Of a DNA stretch of 64,000 bases, positions 13,790-26,520 are shown one piece after another; within the stretch, counting starts at the first letter, position 1, and the number at the start of each line of letters is the position of its first letter. The notes below the pieces were generated by a model, which did no database searches, was not told where the DNA came from, and was given only the letters and a program-made list of their open reading frames with translations. The DNA is from Camelus ferus. Its lineage: Eukaryota. The translations under genes were made by a program, and so were the position numbers. The DNA lies in assembly GCF_009834535.1 (NCBI RefSeq), contig NC_045697.1:23252001-23316000 (forward strand), read 5' to 3'.

Positions 13790-14630
13790 ACCATGACTGC
13801 CAAAACTTTCATCTGTGGTGGCCTGGGATGGAGATGTAATAGCTGGTACAATGTTTCTGGCTTTTGAGTAATACGGAGAACGTAGTAACTATAAGGATTA
13901 TGGAAATCAAGTGGTTGTTGCTAAACATAATTAATAAACAAATTTGAGGGAAATGGCAGGCTCAGATTGATTAATCAGAAATATAAAGGAAAGTGTGGGA
14001 GAGTCTCCTTGGCAGTATTTGTTTCCTGGACCTGGAGAACAGACAGAACCAATGAGCAGGCAAAGGACTTAGATCTCATACAGCTAAAACTGCCAATATT
14101 GAGTCTGAGAATGTAAGATTTATTAAGTCACACATTTGGTGACATTAGCAGCAATCCATTATAATATGGACATGGTACATATACAATTGGCTTAGCAGAT
14201 TCAGAAGGTGCAAGTAGGCTGCAGGAACAGTATGTTCAGACTCTCTTGACTTCTTTTCAGCTCACTTATGGCTTTATAAAGCACTCCCTGTAACCAGCTG
14301 ACAGAGACAGACAAATGCCAAGTTTGTTTCATGAAAGGGTGAGAGAAGTATGCAGGTACAGGCTGAAAATGTATCTCCTGTACTACAGTCCCATTTAACA
14401 ATAAGCCTGAAAGACCAGGCAAACTTGGGTATAGGTCTTGATCACTTACTGGGCCCTGTGGGCAGAGGGAAAACGCCTGACTTATACAAAAGCCTGGAAA
14501 GAGCAAAACTGAGGTGACATGAGGGAGAGGTATGCAATAGACATACTGCAATGGAAACAAAGTCTGAGAATCTTTTTTATTGTACAGTAATACCCACCAG
14601 AAAGCATTCACTAAACAGAAGCATTAAATT
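13790..14630 (+). mobile_element. ERV-L (HERV16/ERV3-16A3-like) internal remnant: gag 5' part joined to pol connection/RNase H
   Basis: 13800-14075 resembles the ERV-L gag start (gtagtaactataaggattatggaa, ctccttggcag). 14080-14630 has decayed pol motifs QQQSIIIWTWYI, PCNQLTE (cf. PYDQLTE), LKD and NTHQKA (cf. VNAHQRA). Confidence 0.75.
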
Positions 14631-17600
14631 TTTTTTCTAAAAATCTGTTGGATATTTCCAAATAGAAAATTTGCAGGTACCTCAAGTTGTCCAAAAGCAA
14701 ACAGCAGGTTACTTCTTAAAACTTGCTTCTTTTCATTACTTTATCAATATTTTTTCATTTGGAGTACAATGTTCTAGATTTTAGAGAGTTTATCAGGACA
14801 GAGGTCAATCTCCTCATAAGACTTCAGGAAATATCGGATTGAATGTGAGAGTCATATGGGTTTGTATGTCAAGAGAGAGTTTTAAAGTAGCTATATATAT
14901 ATTCTAAATTAATTTTGGTATACCTGGTCTCTTTTAAGAAGACAAGCTCTTGTATGTAGAGAAAACATATAAATGGAAATTTGAGAATGGAAACTATCTC
15001 ATAAGAGCACAAGTTGAAATTATCATTAAATTGAATAAATAATTGAGAATTTTGTCTTTAAAAGGGAATCTGTAAGAATACACGGACACTCTTGAATCTA
15101 TATGGTTTTTCATGTACTCAAATCAATATTTGCAAGGCTCATTTTTATTTAAGCAGTTTTAAATAAAGCAGCTAAAAGCAGAGGAACAGAAAAAGAATGT
15201 GTCTAAAAGTGCTCTTTTTTTTTTTTTTTTGACATGTGTAACACGTATCCAGGCAACCACTGGGCGATTAATGATGCCTTTTAGTACATACTAGTCAGAG
15301 CAGCCTGGTGTAAAAGGCAAAGAACCTCGGGTTGAACATATTTTGTATGAGTAAGTCCTATTAAATAGTTTTGTAATATCCATTCATTTGAGAATTAACC
15401 TTTAAATATCTAAGTTGATTCAGAGTGAAATCTTGTCCTCAGGGAACTTTTAGACTGCAGTATCATGTAAGGAAACCGATGCAAGCTAAGAAGACAGTTC
15501 AGGAGAAGAATCTATTGGGATTGCTCTTACTGAATTAAGATCAAATGTAAGGAAATAAATAAAAATATAAACCAGTGAATTAGATAAACTGAGGTAAACA
15601 CAATAGAGAAGATGTGGGATTCCATTTGGAAATGAAGTGAACTTATTGGTAAACTATTTTTGAACTTTTCCCTAAAGTTACAAGTTATAAAAACTGATTT
15701 AGTTAATCTGTAAAAGCATAATTGACACTTAATTGTTCACATCATTGCATATTTGATTTAGCTTTTTATTTTGGCAGCTTGGCCATTTGTCTACAAAAAT
15801 ACCATCAAAAATAATGATTAAACATTTAGGTAGTGAGGCTTTTGAAAAATACCAAATTCCTATTTTTCTCTTAAGAATTTCTTCTTTGAATACATTCATT
15901 CTTATGTAAACTTCTTACCTGAGAGTAACTTACAAATATATGATGCTTTATTGCCAGGAATTAACTAAAAAAATAACTTTTGTAACCCATTATTTTGATG
16001 ACTTCCATTATTTCAGTGTTAGCAGATATGCCCAAAACATATTTAATTTTTAAGAGGCTAATTTTTTAATATTATTTTATTAGAATATTTCTAAGATAGT
16101 ATTATATTAGGAATATAGTCTAGATTCATATAAAGGGGAACAGTTGAGAACCTCAAGGTCAGAAATCAGGTGTTAGTAAGAACAGAGTTTTTCAAAGCTT
16201 TTTTAGCTCTTCAGTTGAATCCCCAGATGTTCCCGACTTGTAAAGGCAGTGAAGACGGCAAAAAGAGGTTATTGCTTTCAGGATTTATATATATTGAAAA
16301 TCATTTTATTGTTGATGATATTGTTGGTTATATTTCATATGTCAAAGAAAATGAATGACTTTTATTTATCTTTTTCATATTTTATAAATATATAAAATAT
16401 ATAATATATACAACTATAAAAAAATATATACTTTTATGCATATATGGTTATACTTTTGTGAGTAGAATTTTAGGATTACATGAATAATTCATCTAAAACC
16501 AAATAATAGAGAATTAAATCTTATGTACAAGAATATGAAGTCACATCTAGAAATGGCTGATGGGAAAATATAAAAATAGTATTTCACGCTGAACATAGCA
16601 TTGCATTTGAATATCAAACAAATAAATTGACATTGCTGTAAAATTACAGTGAATCTAAATTGCTTTACCAAGTATAGATGACACCGTCACCTGGGTAACA
16701 ATCTTGTAAGTTATACATAAAGAATTCACATTAGGTTTTAAAATCTTTTTTCTCCATATTCCCAGTTGTACAAAATAAAATAATCAAGTTAATTATTACA
16801 TTTAAAATGCACTATTTTAGAACAGTGCTTATGTGTTTGTGTCTCTGTGTAAAAATGTGTGACAATTCCTGCATTTCTAATCCAAGAAAAAAATCACAGC
16901 TTTTAAAAATGTTTTTAAAAAATGCTCAGCCTCTATAAGTTTCTTCCTCAGAATAGACAGTGACAATTTCTCCAGGCACTAACTGAAACCTAGTAACCTG
17001 TGCTTTTGTAACTAAAGTCTTATATTCCTGTTTTCCTTTTAGGAAGAAGAAAAGACATAAAGTGGGGTTAATGATTAATTTTTTTCAGAAATACATTTTC
17101 TATTGTTGTTACAATTTTGTTAGAATCATATTTTATTTTCATTTACACAGAATATAATATTAAGTTCCTAAACCTATGTCATTGAAGTTTGAAAGTCAAA
17201 GTTGTCGTTTTATTTTGAAAATAATGAACAAAGAAAAATGCCAATCTCCTGATGACAAACTGCAAAGGAAAGAGAGTGAAAGAATGGATGACACAGAAAG
17301 AGAGAATTAAAAACTGAAATGAAATCAGGGTTAATGTAGTAGAAATGGTACTATATTGGAAATAAATTTATATTTATTCATTAACGACACCTTTTGTATT
17401 GAGGAAAAAGAAATTTAGTCAACAAATTTTTTTATAGTTTTTACTATAAGGGAAAGTAATAAATAGAACCTACATTGAATATGACATAGAAAAATAAAAA
17501 CATAATTATTTCTATATAATATTGCAATTAATAGTTGATATTTCTATTTTGTTTCATACTAAAATCAATGATCACTTGGGTTCTTTTAATACTTAAATGA

Positions 17601-18112
17601 AATACTTGTTATTAGCACCTGAAATCCCAATTTGGGTGAAGTCTGCTACAGAGATGTGCTCAGTATGTTTCTAAATTCACATCCACTAACTGCCAAATGT
17701 GTTCTCCTAGAAAAGTAATATTAATAGTTTGAGGAAGAGCATTTCAGAAATTGTCAAAAGGTTATTTTTATAAAAGTCAAGGGTTTTCTTACATGTTAAC
17801 ATTGAAAATCATTCTGTAATTTTCACATAAGACAACAAATATTAAATTGATAAAATCTCTAATTCACAAAATGAGCATTCATGCTGACTATAATAATGCT
17901 GCTTCCTAAAGTTTTCCATTAAACTATATTACATAATAACAAACACCCTTGTGCTATTGGCAGAATCAAACCAAAACAGAAAGCTGTATTTAAATTTATT
18001 TATTTGTTCAGAAAATATACTTGTTTCAGAAGAATACCCTTGAAAAAGCCAGCTAGTTCTGGAATTTAATTGCTAATAATGGCTATGTAGCCTAATTTTT
18101 TTCCCTAAACTC

Positions 18113-18306
18113 TTTTTTTTTTTATAAAGAGCTAATTGTACTATAGTTAAAATATATTTAAATCATAGTTTGATTTAAAAGGAATTATAACAACAGTTTT
18201 CAGAAAGCATAACTTTTTTTTTTATAAAGAGCTAATTGTACTATAGTTAAAATATATTTAAATCATAGTTTGATTTAAAAGGAATTATAACAACAGTTTT
18301 CAGAAA
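18113..18306. repeat. Perfect 93-bp direct tandem duplication, period 100 bp
   Basis: 18114-18206 is identical to 18214-18306 (T-run + ataaagagctaattgtactatag ... caacagttttcagaaa). Spacer is gcataac. Confidence 0.97.
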
Positions 18307-19115
18307 ACGTATGTATTCACTTTGGCACAATGCTGTTTCAATCCTTGGCCTTAATTTTTTGTCCTTGATTTCTGTGTCACAAAGTTGAGAGGATGTAGAC
18401 AGTGATTAATATAATCTGGAATCTAATTCCTCCTGGATAGTACTGCTTCTGCCTCATTGTATTAACTCTTCTTGGAAACATGCGGGTGATTATTTTCTTC
18501 CAGAAAAAAAAAATGAAGTCAAGGTCAATGAAAGCCTGATACACGTATGTATTTCATTTCTGAAACATTGCACTTTCACGGCATAAAACTTGTATTACAT
18601 ACAGAATTGATACAGTACAAATTATCTGTAGCCAATCATGCAATTTTATATAAAGAATAAACAGCCTCTAAGGAGTGGCCCTAAATCCTTTTCTTTAGAA
18701 ACATTTTGTAGTAAGTTTGTCATCAAGCAGAAACACCAGGTTTATACTTTCACTTTAAATGGTTATTCCTTGGTCTCATATTTCAGAAGAGTTATGAAGG
18801 CAGAATATCTTACCTTTATGATACAGTGGGCAGTGAGAATATTTATGGTAAAGATTGTTGTTTTTATAATGTAAGAGCTTAATTTAGCATGCATATCTTT
18901 AGAACCATTATGCAAAATAAATATAATATACTTATATTTACAAGGTAGGTTTACTCTGAGCTATGCTAAAATCAAGTCCAGCTTGAAAAAAAGACTCTTT
19001 ATGAAAAAGACCTCATTTAAATGTTTATTTTATTTCTCAATTCAAGACCTCTAATTAATGGAAATTATCAGAGACAGTTCATAGAATTATGCTTCCTTAT
19101 CACCAGAAATAATTA

Positions 19116-19336
19116 TAGCTAGCATGTATTAAGTGCCAGGCACTGTTTTGAGTATTTTTTAAAGAGATATTAATTAATTAAATCTTTCAAACAACTCCTC
19201 AGGTAAGAACTTATTTTCTCTATTTTGCATATAAAGAAAACAGAAAGGTTGAGTAACTTGTGCAGGTTCACACAGCCACTATGAGGTAAAACAGGTTTAA
19301 GTATCAGACTCCTTGTACTTGACCACCACTCCATGT
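19116..19336 (-). mobile_element. MIR SINE
   Basis: gtgccaggcactgttt ... tattttgcatataaagaaaacagaaaggttgagtaacttgtgcaggttcacacagc is the reverse MIR core. Confidence 0.85.
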
Positions 19337-22300
19337 GGACTTTGCTATAGTTTTTCATCCTTTGTAATGGTCTAGTCAATTCTTGGCCAGCAATGGCCAT
19401 GGGACATAAACAGATAATGAACTTTATTCTCTCTTCCAAACTTAAGACCTACTTAGCATAGCCTTTCAATTTCCTGTTTTCATGGCTCATTTATTTCACT
19501 CGGCAATATATGTGTCATTTGCTATATATCAGGTGTTAGGCAGGGTTCATATTAACTTGTACCCTCTGGTTAGCCCACATTTTTGTTTATAGAGGTAGCC
19601 TTGATTTTCCAGTGCCCAAAGTCCTGAGAGTTGACTAATATTTTGAGTATCATTTTTAGTGCCAGTCACCAGAAATGAAATCTTCATCTTCCTTTATGGA
19701 GTCAGGAAATAATGTAAATTATAAGAGAAATATTTTTCTTGAAAGGATAACTTAAAACTTAATTCACTATATCCTTTTACATATTTGCTTTAAAGAAAAG
19801 TCTTATTCATTATTATTAGTCATTTTTATGGATATATTTGTTAAAAATGGATCAATGATATAAAATTTTAATTTAAAATATAGAGATATTTATTTGCTCA
19901 TTTAATATAATTAATCTCATAACAAAATGAACTACCAGTGTGTGTATACATATACGTATATATGTTTATGTTTATAAATTTACATATTTACAAATAAACA
20001 ATTAATTACATAAAACCTATCAATACAGCTACACATAACTTACTTGTAGTCATTGTTAGTTTAATTGATTCAAGTTTTACATTTAGGAACTATTGTTAAT
20101 AGTGTTAGTATTTAAAATAAAATAACTATGCGTACTGGAAGATTTAGGGGATCATTCATTTATTTAATGACATTTTTGGCAGACATGCTTTCTATTTTTC
20201 AGTCGTTTACATCTTGCGTTTCTGTTCTCTGAATACAATTCAGGGCTTTGGTGAATTGCTTGAACCTTTGAGAAGGTTCTGTATTAGGGTCAAAATAATT
20301 TTGTAACTATTGACTTGGATTTTTCCTAGGGATTTAGAGAGATCATTTGCCATAGTTTTATTTTTTTAATGAATACAAATTAAAATGATTTTTGGAAGAC
20401 AAATTAATTTTTTGCTAAAAGATGTTGTGACAGAAGATACTGGAAACATCTCACAGTGAGAAATACACCTGGGGCGTGTTGTTTGAGAACATATTTTTTT
20501 GAAATTGGGACTGTGCCAGAAAATTCAGGATATGTAGTCAACAAACTAAGGATGACAGAGACACGAAAGTAAATCCAATGAATATAAAGCAGAGATGCTC
20601 ATTAACACCTAGCCATCCACAGACAGAGTTTACTGCATCTTTTTGTCTCAATGCTATATCTTTAAACATTTCCATTATGGTAATTTATTTCAAAAGTTGA
20701 TTATCTAGTCAATGCTAGTTTTCAGACTCAGAATTGTACATATCCTCTCAACTTTCAAACACCATAAGGAACATTTTTGTGACGTATAAATTTACAGTAT
20801 AGTATATTATCACAATTTCATTCAATAATCATGAGTTTCCAATATGTCTTTTTCTGTCTTGCTCAAAATTATTAAGTAGATTCAGATTCATCATGGTTAA
20901 CAAATATTAGAAGTAGCAAGATCATCATGCATGTTTCTCTAGGTTCATGGGCACGCGGAAGTCCGCAGAATTGCCCCAGAATCCAGGAATTCTTGAATAT
21001 TTATTTTTAATTTTCTAAAATTTTAATAAGTGAAGTATATATGCTTCTCCACATATCACTATATGTATCTTTGAACACCTGGCTGACTACCATCAAATAT
21101 TCAATAGGTTTTCATTTCTTTGCGTGTGTGTGTCTGTGTTTCTAATCAGTTTTTAAGTGTTTTTCTTTTGTTTCTAGTATCTAGCCAAGAAGTACTACTT
21201 ACATTATCATGAGGTAATGAGAAAAAATTATTAACTTTATACTGCACAAAGGGATTCCTGCCAAGTGAAGGCCAAATATTGTCTTCGCACCTTGGAGAAA
21301 TTCAGCTTTTTTCATAGACTGAACAACAACAAAAAAACTTAGCAATAACTAAGCCAGCACCTTATACACAGCAACATAAGAATGACCAGGCTAAACGAAC
21401 CTAAATCAAAGTGGTCACTACTGTATTCATATTTTGAGTAGTAATTCATTTCAGCAAAACAGTACATTAATAAAATAGGTTAAAACTATATTTCATTGGT
21501 TTTACAGTGCTGTTCATTTTTAATTTGAAAACTGCATTCGTTTGGTTGTTGAATAAATGGTATAAGCATTAAAAGTTTATTTCTCCTTTTATATGCACAT
21601 ATTTAAGTAATATTGCAGTAAATGCTCCTACCTGAACATCCAGGAAATATATTTTGATTTAAAAGTTAGCAAATAATAAGCAAATGTAGAAAAATATTCT
21701 ATACATCAAAAGGAAGGGAGAAAATTGTAACATTTTAATATAATAGAAGCATTTGCTGTGATGTATTTATATACTTAATGTTAGGTATTTGATTAGCTTT
21801 CTATAAAAATATAGAAATGACAGTGTTGGAAAATTTACTGTAGGCTGAATTTTCTACATATTAAAATAGAAACTATTCTATAACTCTTTTCTTTAAAAAT
21901 TTATATTAAACACTTTTCAGTGTAGTCAGCCTTCCTCTAAAAGTATTAGTTTACAGAATTATAGTATATAAAGGATACGTCTTACTATAAAGAAATAAAA
22001 ATATTTTAGAAATAGTAACATTTAATTTAACCCTGTTAAACTGATCAAATATCATATTGAAATGGAAGTTCTTATGAAATCTGAACAAAGTGTTGATCTG
22101 GGAGCTTAATTTCTTTATATATTATATTTAATTTCTGTAGTCTATTGAAAACTCAGAGCTAGTGAAAATGAAAAGTACTGAGATTCAAGTAAAAATTTTC
22201 CTGACTTCAGGCAAGCAGAGTTTATTTTAATGAAATTAATTCAATGAAAATAGGGTAAATGTTTCTGTTTTACAGGAAGAGCTACAGAATTAATATGTTT

Positions 22301-24179
22301 TCCCAGGCCTGATAAACGACTTATGGATTGAATAGGTTTGCTAAAAACTCACACTATCACTCTATTAAATATTATTGACGAAGTTAAAAGTAAAAGAAGA
22401 CCATCTATTCTAAATTAATGCAGATATCTGGGGAAAACAGCCAACCAAACAAATAAGCAAATGTTTCAAAACCACTTCTGGAATACTTACTTCATCCTAT
22501 ACAAGAGAGGCAGGTCAATCCTAATGCATAGAGTAAAGCAGCTTAAAATAAATGAGAACATGGTTGTGAAATCTATCATTTGACTATGAAAGGAAAATTT
22601 CTGTCTGTGAGGTAGAATGGTAGTGAAGCACGAACAGGATTAACAGATGGTCTGGTTCTCAGACATGAGGAGACCCTGTCCACGCTGCCTGGTGGTTTTA
22701 CTGGAACTAAAGCCAGTGGGGCCCAAAACAAGAAGACCTGTGCACCCTGGAAAAGGGGGCATGAAATGAAAAGAAAATACCTGAAAATGAGCATCTCTAT
22801 GGGCATATTTTATTAGCAGCTTTAAATTGTTTCTTTACCAAATATTATATGGTAATAAATTAAGTGACAATATCAAGGGTAAAAGTTTTATTTTCCCACA
22901 GAATTTGACAGGATACAGGGAAGCAGCGGGAACACGAGCAAATCAGAACTGCTTACAGGTAGCAGGTTGTTATCATGAAAACAAAGAGAAACTTCTTCTG
23001 GTTTTGTTAGAGCAACCTCTATGATTCATCCCAAGTCCTTTCTTTCACATGAAATATCTTAAATGTGTGGATATGTGTGTCTGTAAATACAGTCTAGGCA
23101 ACAGCGCATGCACGTACATAGACTGAATATGGCCATACGGTAGCTGTTTGCCAATTTTTGCCAGCATAGGATAAGTGTTCAATAATGTGTGTTGCTTGTT
23201 TAAAGCCTGTTAATAAAAATGTATTTTTGTCTTCACATATTCCGAGTTAAATAATAAAGGTACATGCCAATTTGGAAATAACTCATCATTTCTGCCATCC
23301 TCTAATGTAATATTTTAGAATGCTGTATATCTGTTGTTCTAAGTTGAAATTAGAAAAACAACCACAAAATAGACACGAAAGACAAAAGGTCGCACAACAC
23401 CCATGACGTGTGTTAGGCTTTCGCTGAGCTATGAGACGAGTCGTCCCAGTGATGCTACAGATGCCTTCTTGGAAGGTGGCTGACGCTGCCAAGTGTAGCA
23501 GTTGAGAAATCTATGTAATCCTGTTTGATGCTGAATCCGAGAGCAAAGTACTGATTTCATTGCTCAGAGCAGGAATGTTACATGAATAGGAGGTTTCTAT
23601 TTCTAGATATGTCTCTTGGGGAACTTTTGAGAGAATGCTCAATGTGATAAAAAAAATCTACTTAAATGAAAATACTTTACACTATAATCGCTAAATTAGC
23701 ATTTACAAAATTTAATCAGAGTTGGAGAATGAAAAATTATTCTGAAAGTCTAGTATGTCACTCAAAAGCAAGACCTTAAGAGAGTTCTCATACATTTTAT
23801 TGAAGCTTCTGAGGAAAATGTGTTGTGAGAACCTGTCATGAATTATCTGAGCATAAAGGTGATCTGGATCAAAATCTAATAAAGAAAACTAAAGTTTAAG
23901 AGAGGAAATCAATGGTACTTTTAATTGAATGAATTAAGACCATTCATATGTGGTTTTATGAAAAGCATTTTTAAAAGATACATATTTTATAAAATGAAAA
24001 ATAAAGACATGCACTTCTCTATCAAATTATAAGAAGGGCACTTCCAGAAACACACAAAAAATGGAAAAAACATGGTTTGTATATTTTTCTACAGGGCCTG
24101 CTGCTACCATAAATTTCAAATTGTTTTCTTTTTCTCATTCCTCATTGTCTTATCTATGAGGATGTATCAATATCCAAAA

Positions 24180-24690
24180 TATCTTCAAAACTTAAAAAAA
24201 TACAATAAATTGAGGGTATCATTTAACAACAAAGGCATATGATCAATGTAGACAAACATGAAAAAACATCAAGGTTAGGAAGAGATTACTGTATATTTCA
24301 CAATGTCAAACATACAGTCAGTTCAATAAATAATACAAACAAATGTGAACTCTACAATGTCAACTAGAGATGGAGGCTGGGGATATTACAAACTGACATT
24401 ACTGTAATTAAGGAATGAAAAAAATAGCAACATTTCAGGACATAACAAAGTACACCATCTGGGCCTGCCAACTATAAGTATTAAATATGGAAAAAGAAAG
24501 GACAAACAAAGCTAATATAAGCATCGAGTCATTTTGCAAATTCATAAAGAATCAAAGAAAATCAAAGAATCATTATAGCCTCTAAATGCTTCTAAGGGTA
24601 ATTTGTTGATAAAAGGAGTTGGCACCACTTCATAATTTACAAAGGGAGATAGAATACAGATGTCAGAAGCAGATGTACACGTCCCAGAAA
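24180..24690 (+). mobile_element. Old L1 (L1MC-like) 3' fragment
   Basis: A-rich strand bias; aatcattatagcc ... aatttacaaaggg resembles an L1MC 3'UTR. Confidence 0.35.
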
Positions 24691-26454
24691 GAGGAAGAAG
24701 GAAGACTGAAGCAAATCGGGATCGTTTGCAAAATAAAGATCAAATAAACTTGAAAAAAAGTGAAGACTGAAAACGCACTAATTTTATAGAGTTGACTTAG
24801 ACACCCTATCAAATTGATGCATATTACTGGGCCACAACCTTTCAAATTTGGAAGTTGCACTGATTGAATAGATAAGTGATTGCCCTCCTACTCCATGCGT
24901 ACCACTGAGCCAGGCCAGGAGGATACCTCGAGATGAAGAAGACGATTAGTCGCAGAGACCTCAAGGGAGGATCATCCACAAAGAGTATGGGTGCTCACAC
25001 AAGTCAGAGTACGCTGATAAATGCTTCATGTGGTGGTCAAGAGTGATTCTTGTATGCATCCATCAATCATCTATTAACCCAACCCTTTATCCACCATCCA
25101 GCCACCTAGAAATAACTGAAGGCCTATTCTAATTATAATCTCAGACACAATAGTTGAGGGCATTTTAGAGGGCAAACAAATATAATAAAAGAATAATTAA
25201 TTTTGAATAAGAGCTCTTTATTGGACTGGAACAGACATTGGATTTGAGTTACTCTTTATTTAAATGCATGAATGCAAATTCTACTTGTCAAATTATTTCC
25301 TAAGTACTTCAAAGTAAGAGTATGATGAGAGCAACAGTACTTTCCATTGGCCTGATTATCCCTTCTACAGATATCTGCACACATACGTATACTATACCTA
25401 TACACTTATGTGTAATATAGACATCCACATACATCTGTACACAAACATCTCTGTATGTGTGTATATATGTGCATGTGTATATGTGTATAAAATACAGGTG
25501 AAAAATCTTTATTCTTAGATTCAGCAATAGAATTGGTCATACACATATGCATATGAAAATGATTTTCAGCTGAAAACGTATTTGTGACCCAGCAGTGAAG
25601 CTGATCACAGCCTAAATCTATAGGTAAAGTGATCTCTACATTTATAGAATTATTTTGCCTTTGCACCTCATTGTCTTCTATCACTTATTAAAAGAAGATA
25701 AATAATACAACTGAAAACATTTTTAACAACTGGTAATATTGATCACAAACGCCCTCTCTCCTTCTTCTTATTGACCCCAATGATCTTTATCTTTTAGGAC
25801 CAGCTGTTCGAGTCCAATCTTTTCCACTTAGTCCTTCCTAGAAAGACAGGTTCAACAGATCCTCTTACCCTTTTGCACTTGCAAAGTATTTAATGTCAAT
25901 TTAGTCCTTGATAAACTAACATTATGAAAAAGCAAAGTGGCTTAAAAGAAAAAAACTGCATTAAAAAAGTTGATTCTATTTAATAAATGTGTTTTTAGTT
26001 TACTGGCCAATTGATTTATTTTGTACAGGCAGAAGTTTATTTGATGCATACATCAAACCATACTTAATAGAATCCCAAACAACTATGTGTTATTACCCAT
26101 TTACATAATCTATAAATACACATACTTCCAAATCTCTGGCTTTATTGAGCTATTACTACTTGAAGAATATTGAATTAGGCAGTGTAACTACCAAGTTTAT
26201 AACAGCATGAGCTCAGTGCTGGCAAGTTATGAGTTACACTTTTATGGGCTTTCTGTGGAATGACTAGATGCCAACCCACCATATACATATTGTTGATCTC
26301 AAAAGAACCAGCTGAAAATAGAAAGGCTTCCTGCAAATCTACATTAGTATGTGCAAACTGTGATATGTGTGTGTATACACCATACATCGTGTTTTGCCAG
26401 GAACAGTACTGGTTTATGCCTACTGCCTTGGTATGTTTACTAAAGTACCTCCTT

Positions 26455-26520
26455 CGACATACATATAGGTACATACACATATATACACACACACACATAT
26501 ATATATATACACATATATAA
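26455..26520. repeat. Compound (CA)n/(TA)n microsatellite
   Basis: acatacacatatatacacacacacacatatatatatacacatatat. Confidence 0.85.

Noticed and set aside
13681..13889. Minus-strand exon-like 70-codon open frame (LLRSPYYSKARNIVPAITSPSQ...) between an AG and GTAAGG
   Set aside because: About half of it is the antisense of an ERV-L gag remnant and the peptide resembles no protein I recognise; likely chance
17020..17065. Strong-looking acceptor ttcctgttttccttttag followed by a purine-rich GAAGAAGAA
   Set aside because: No good donor follows and the downstream sequence is plain AT-rich intron-like DNA
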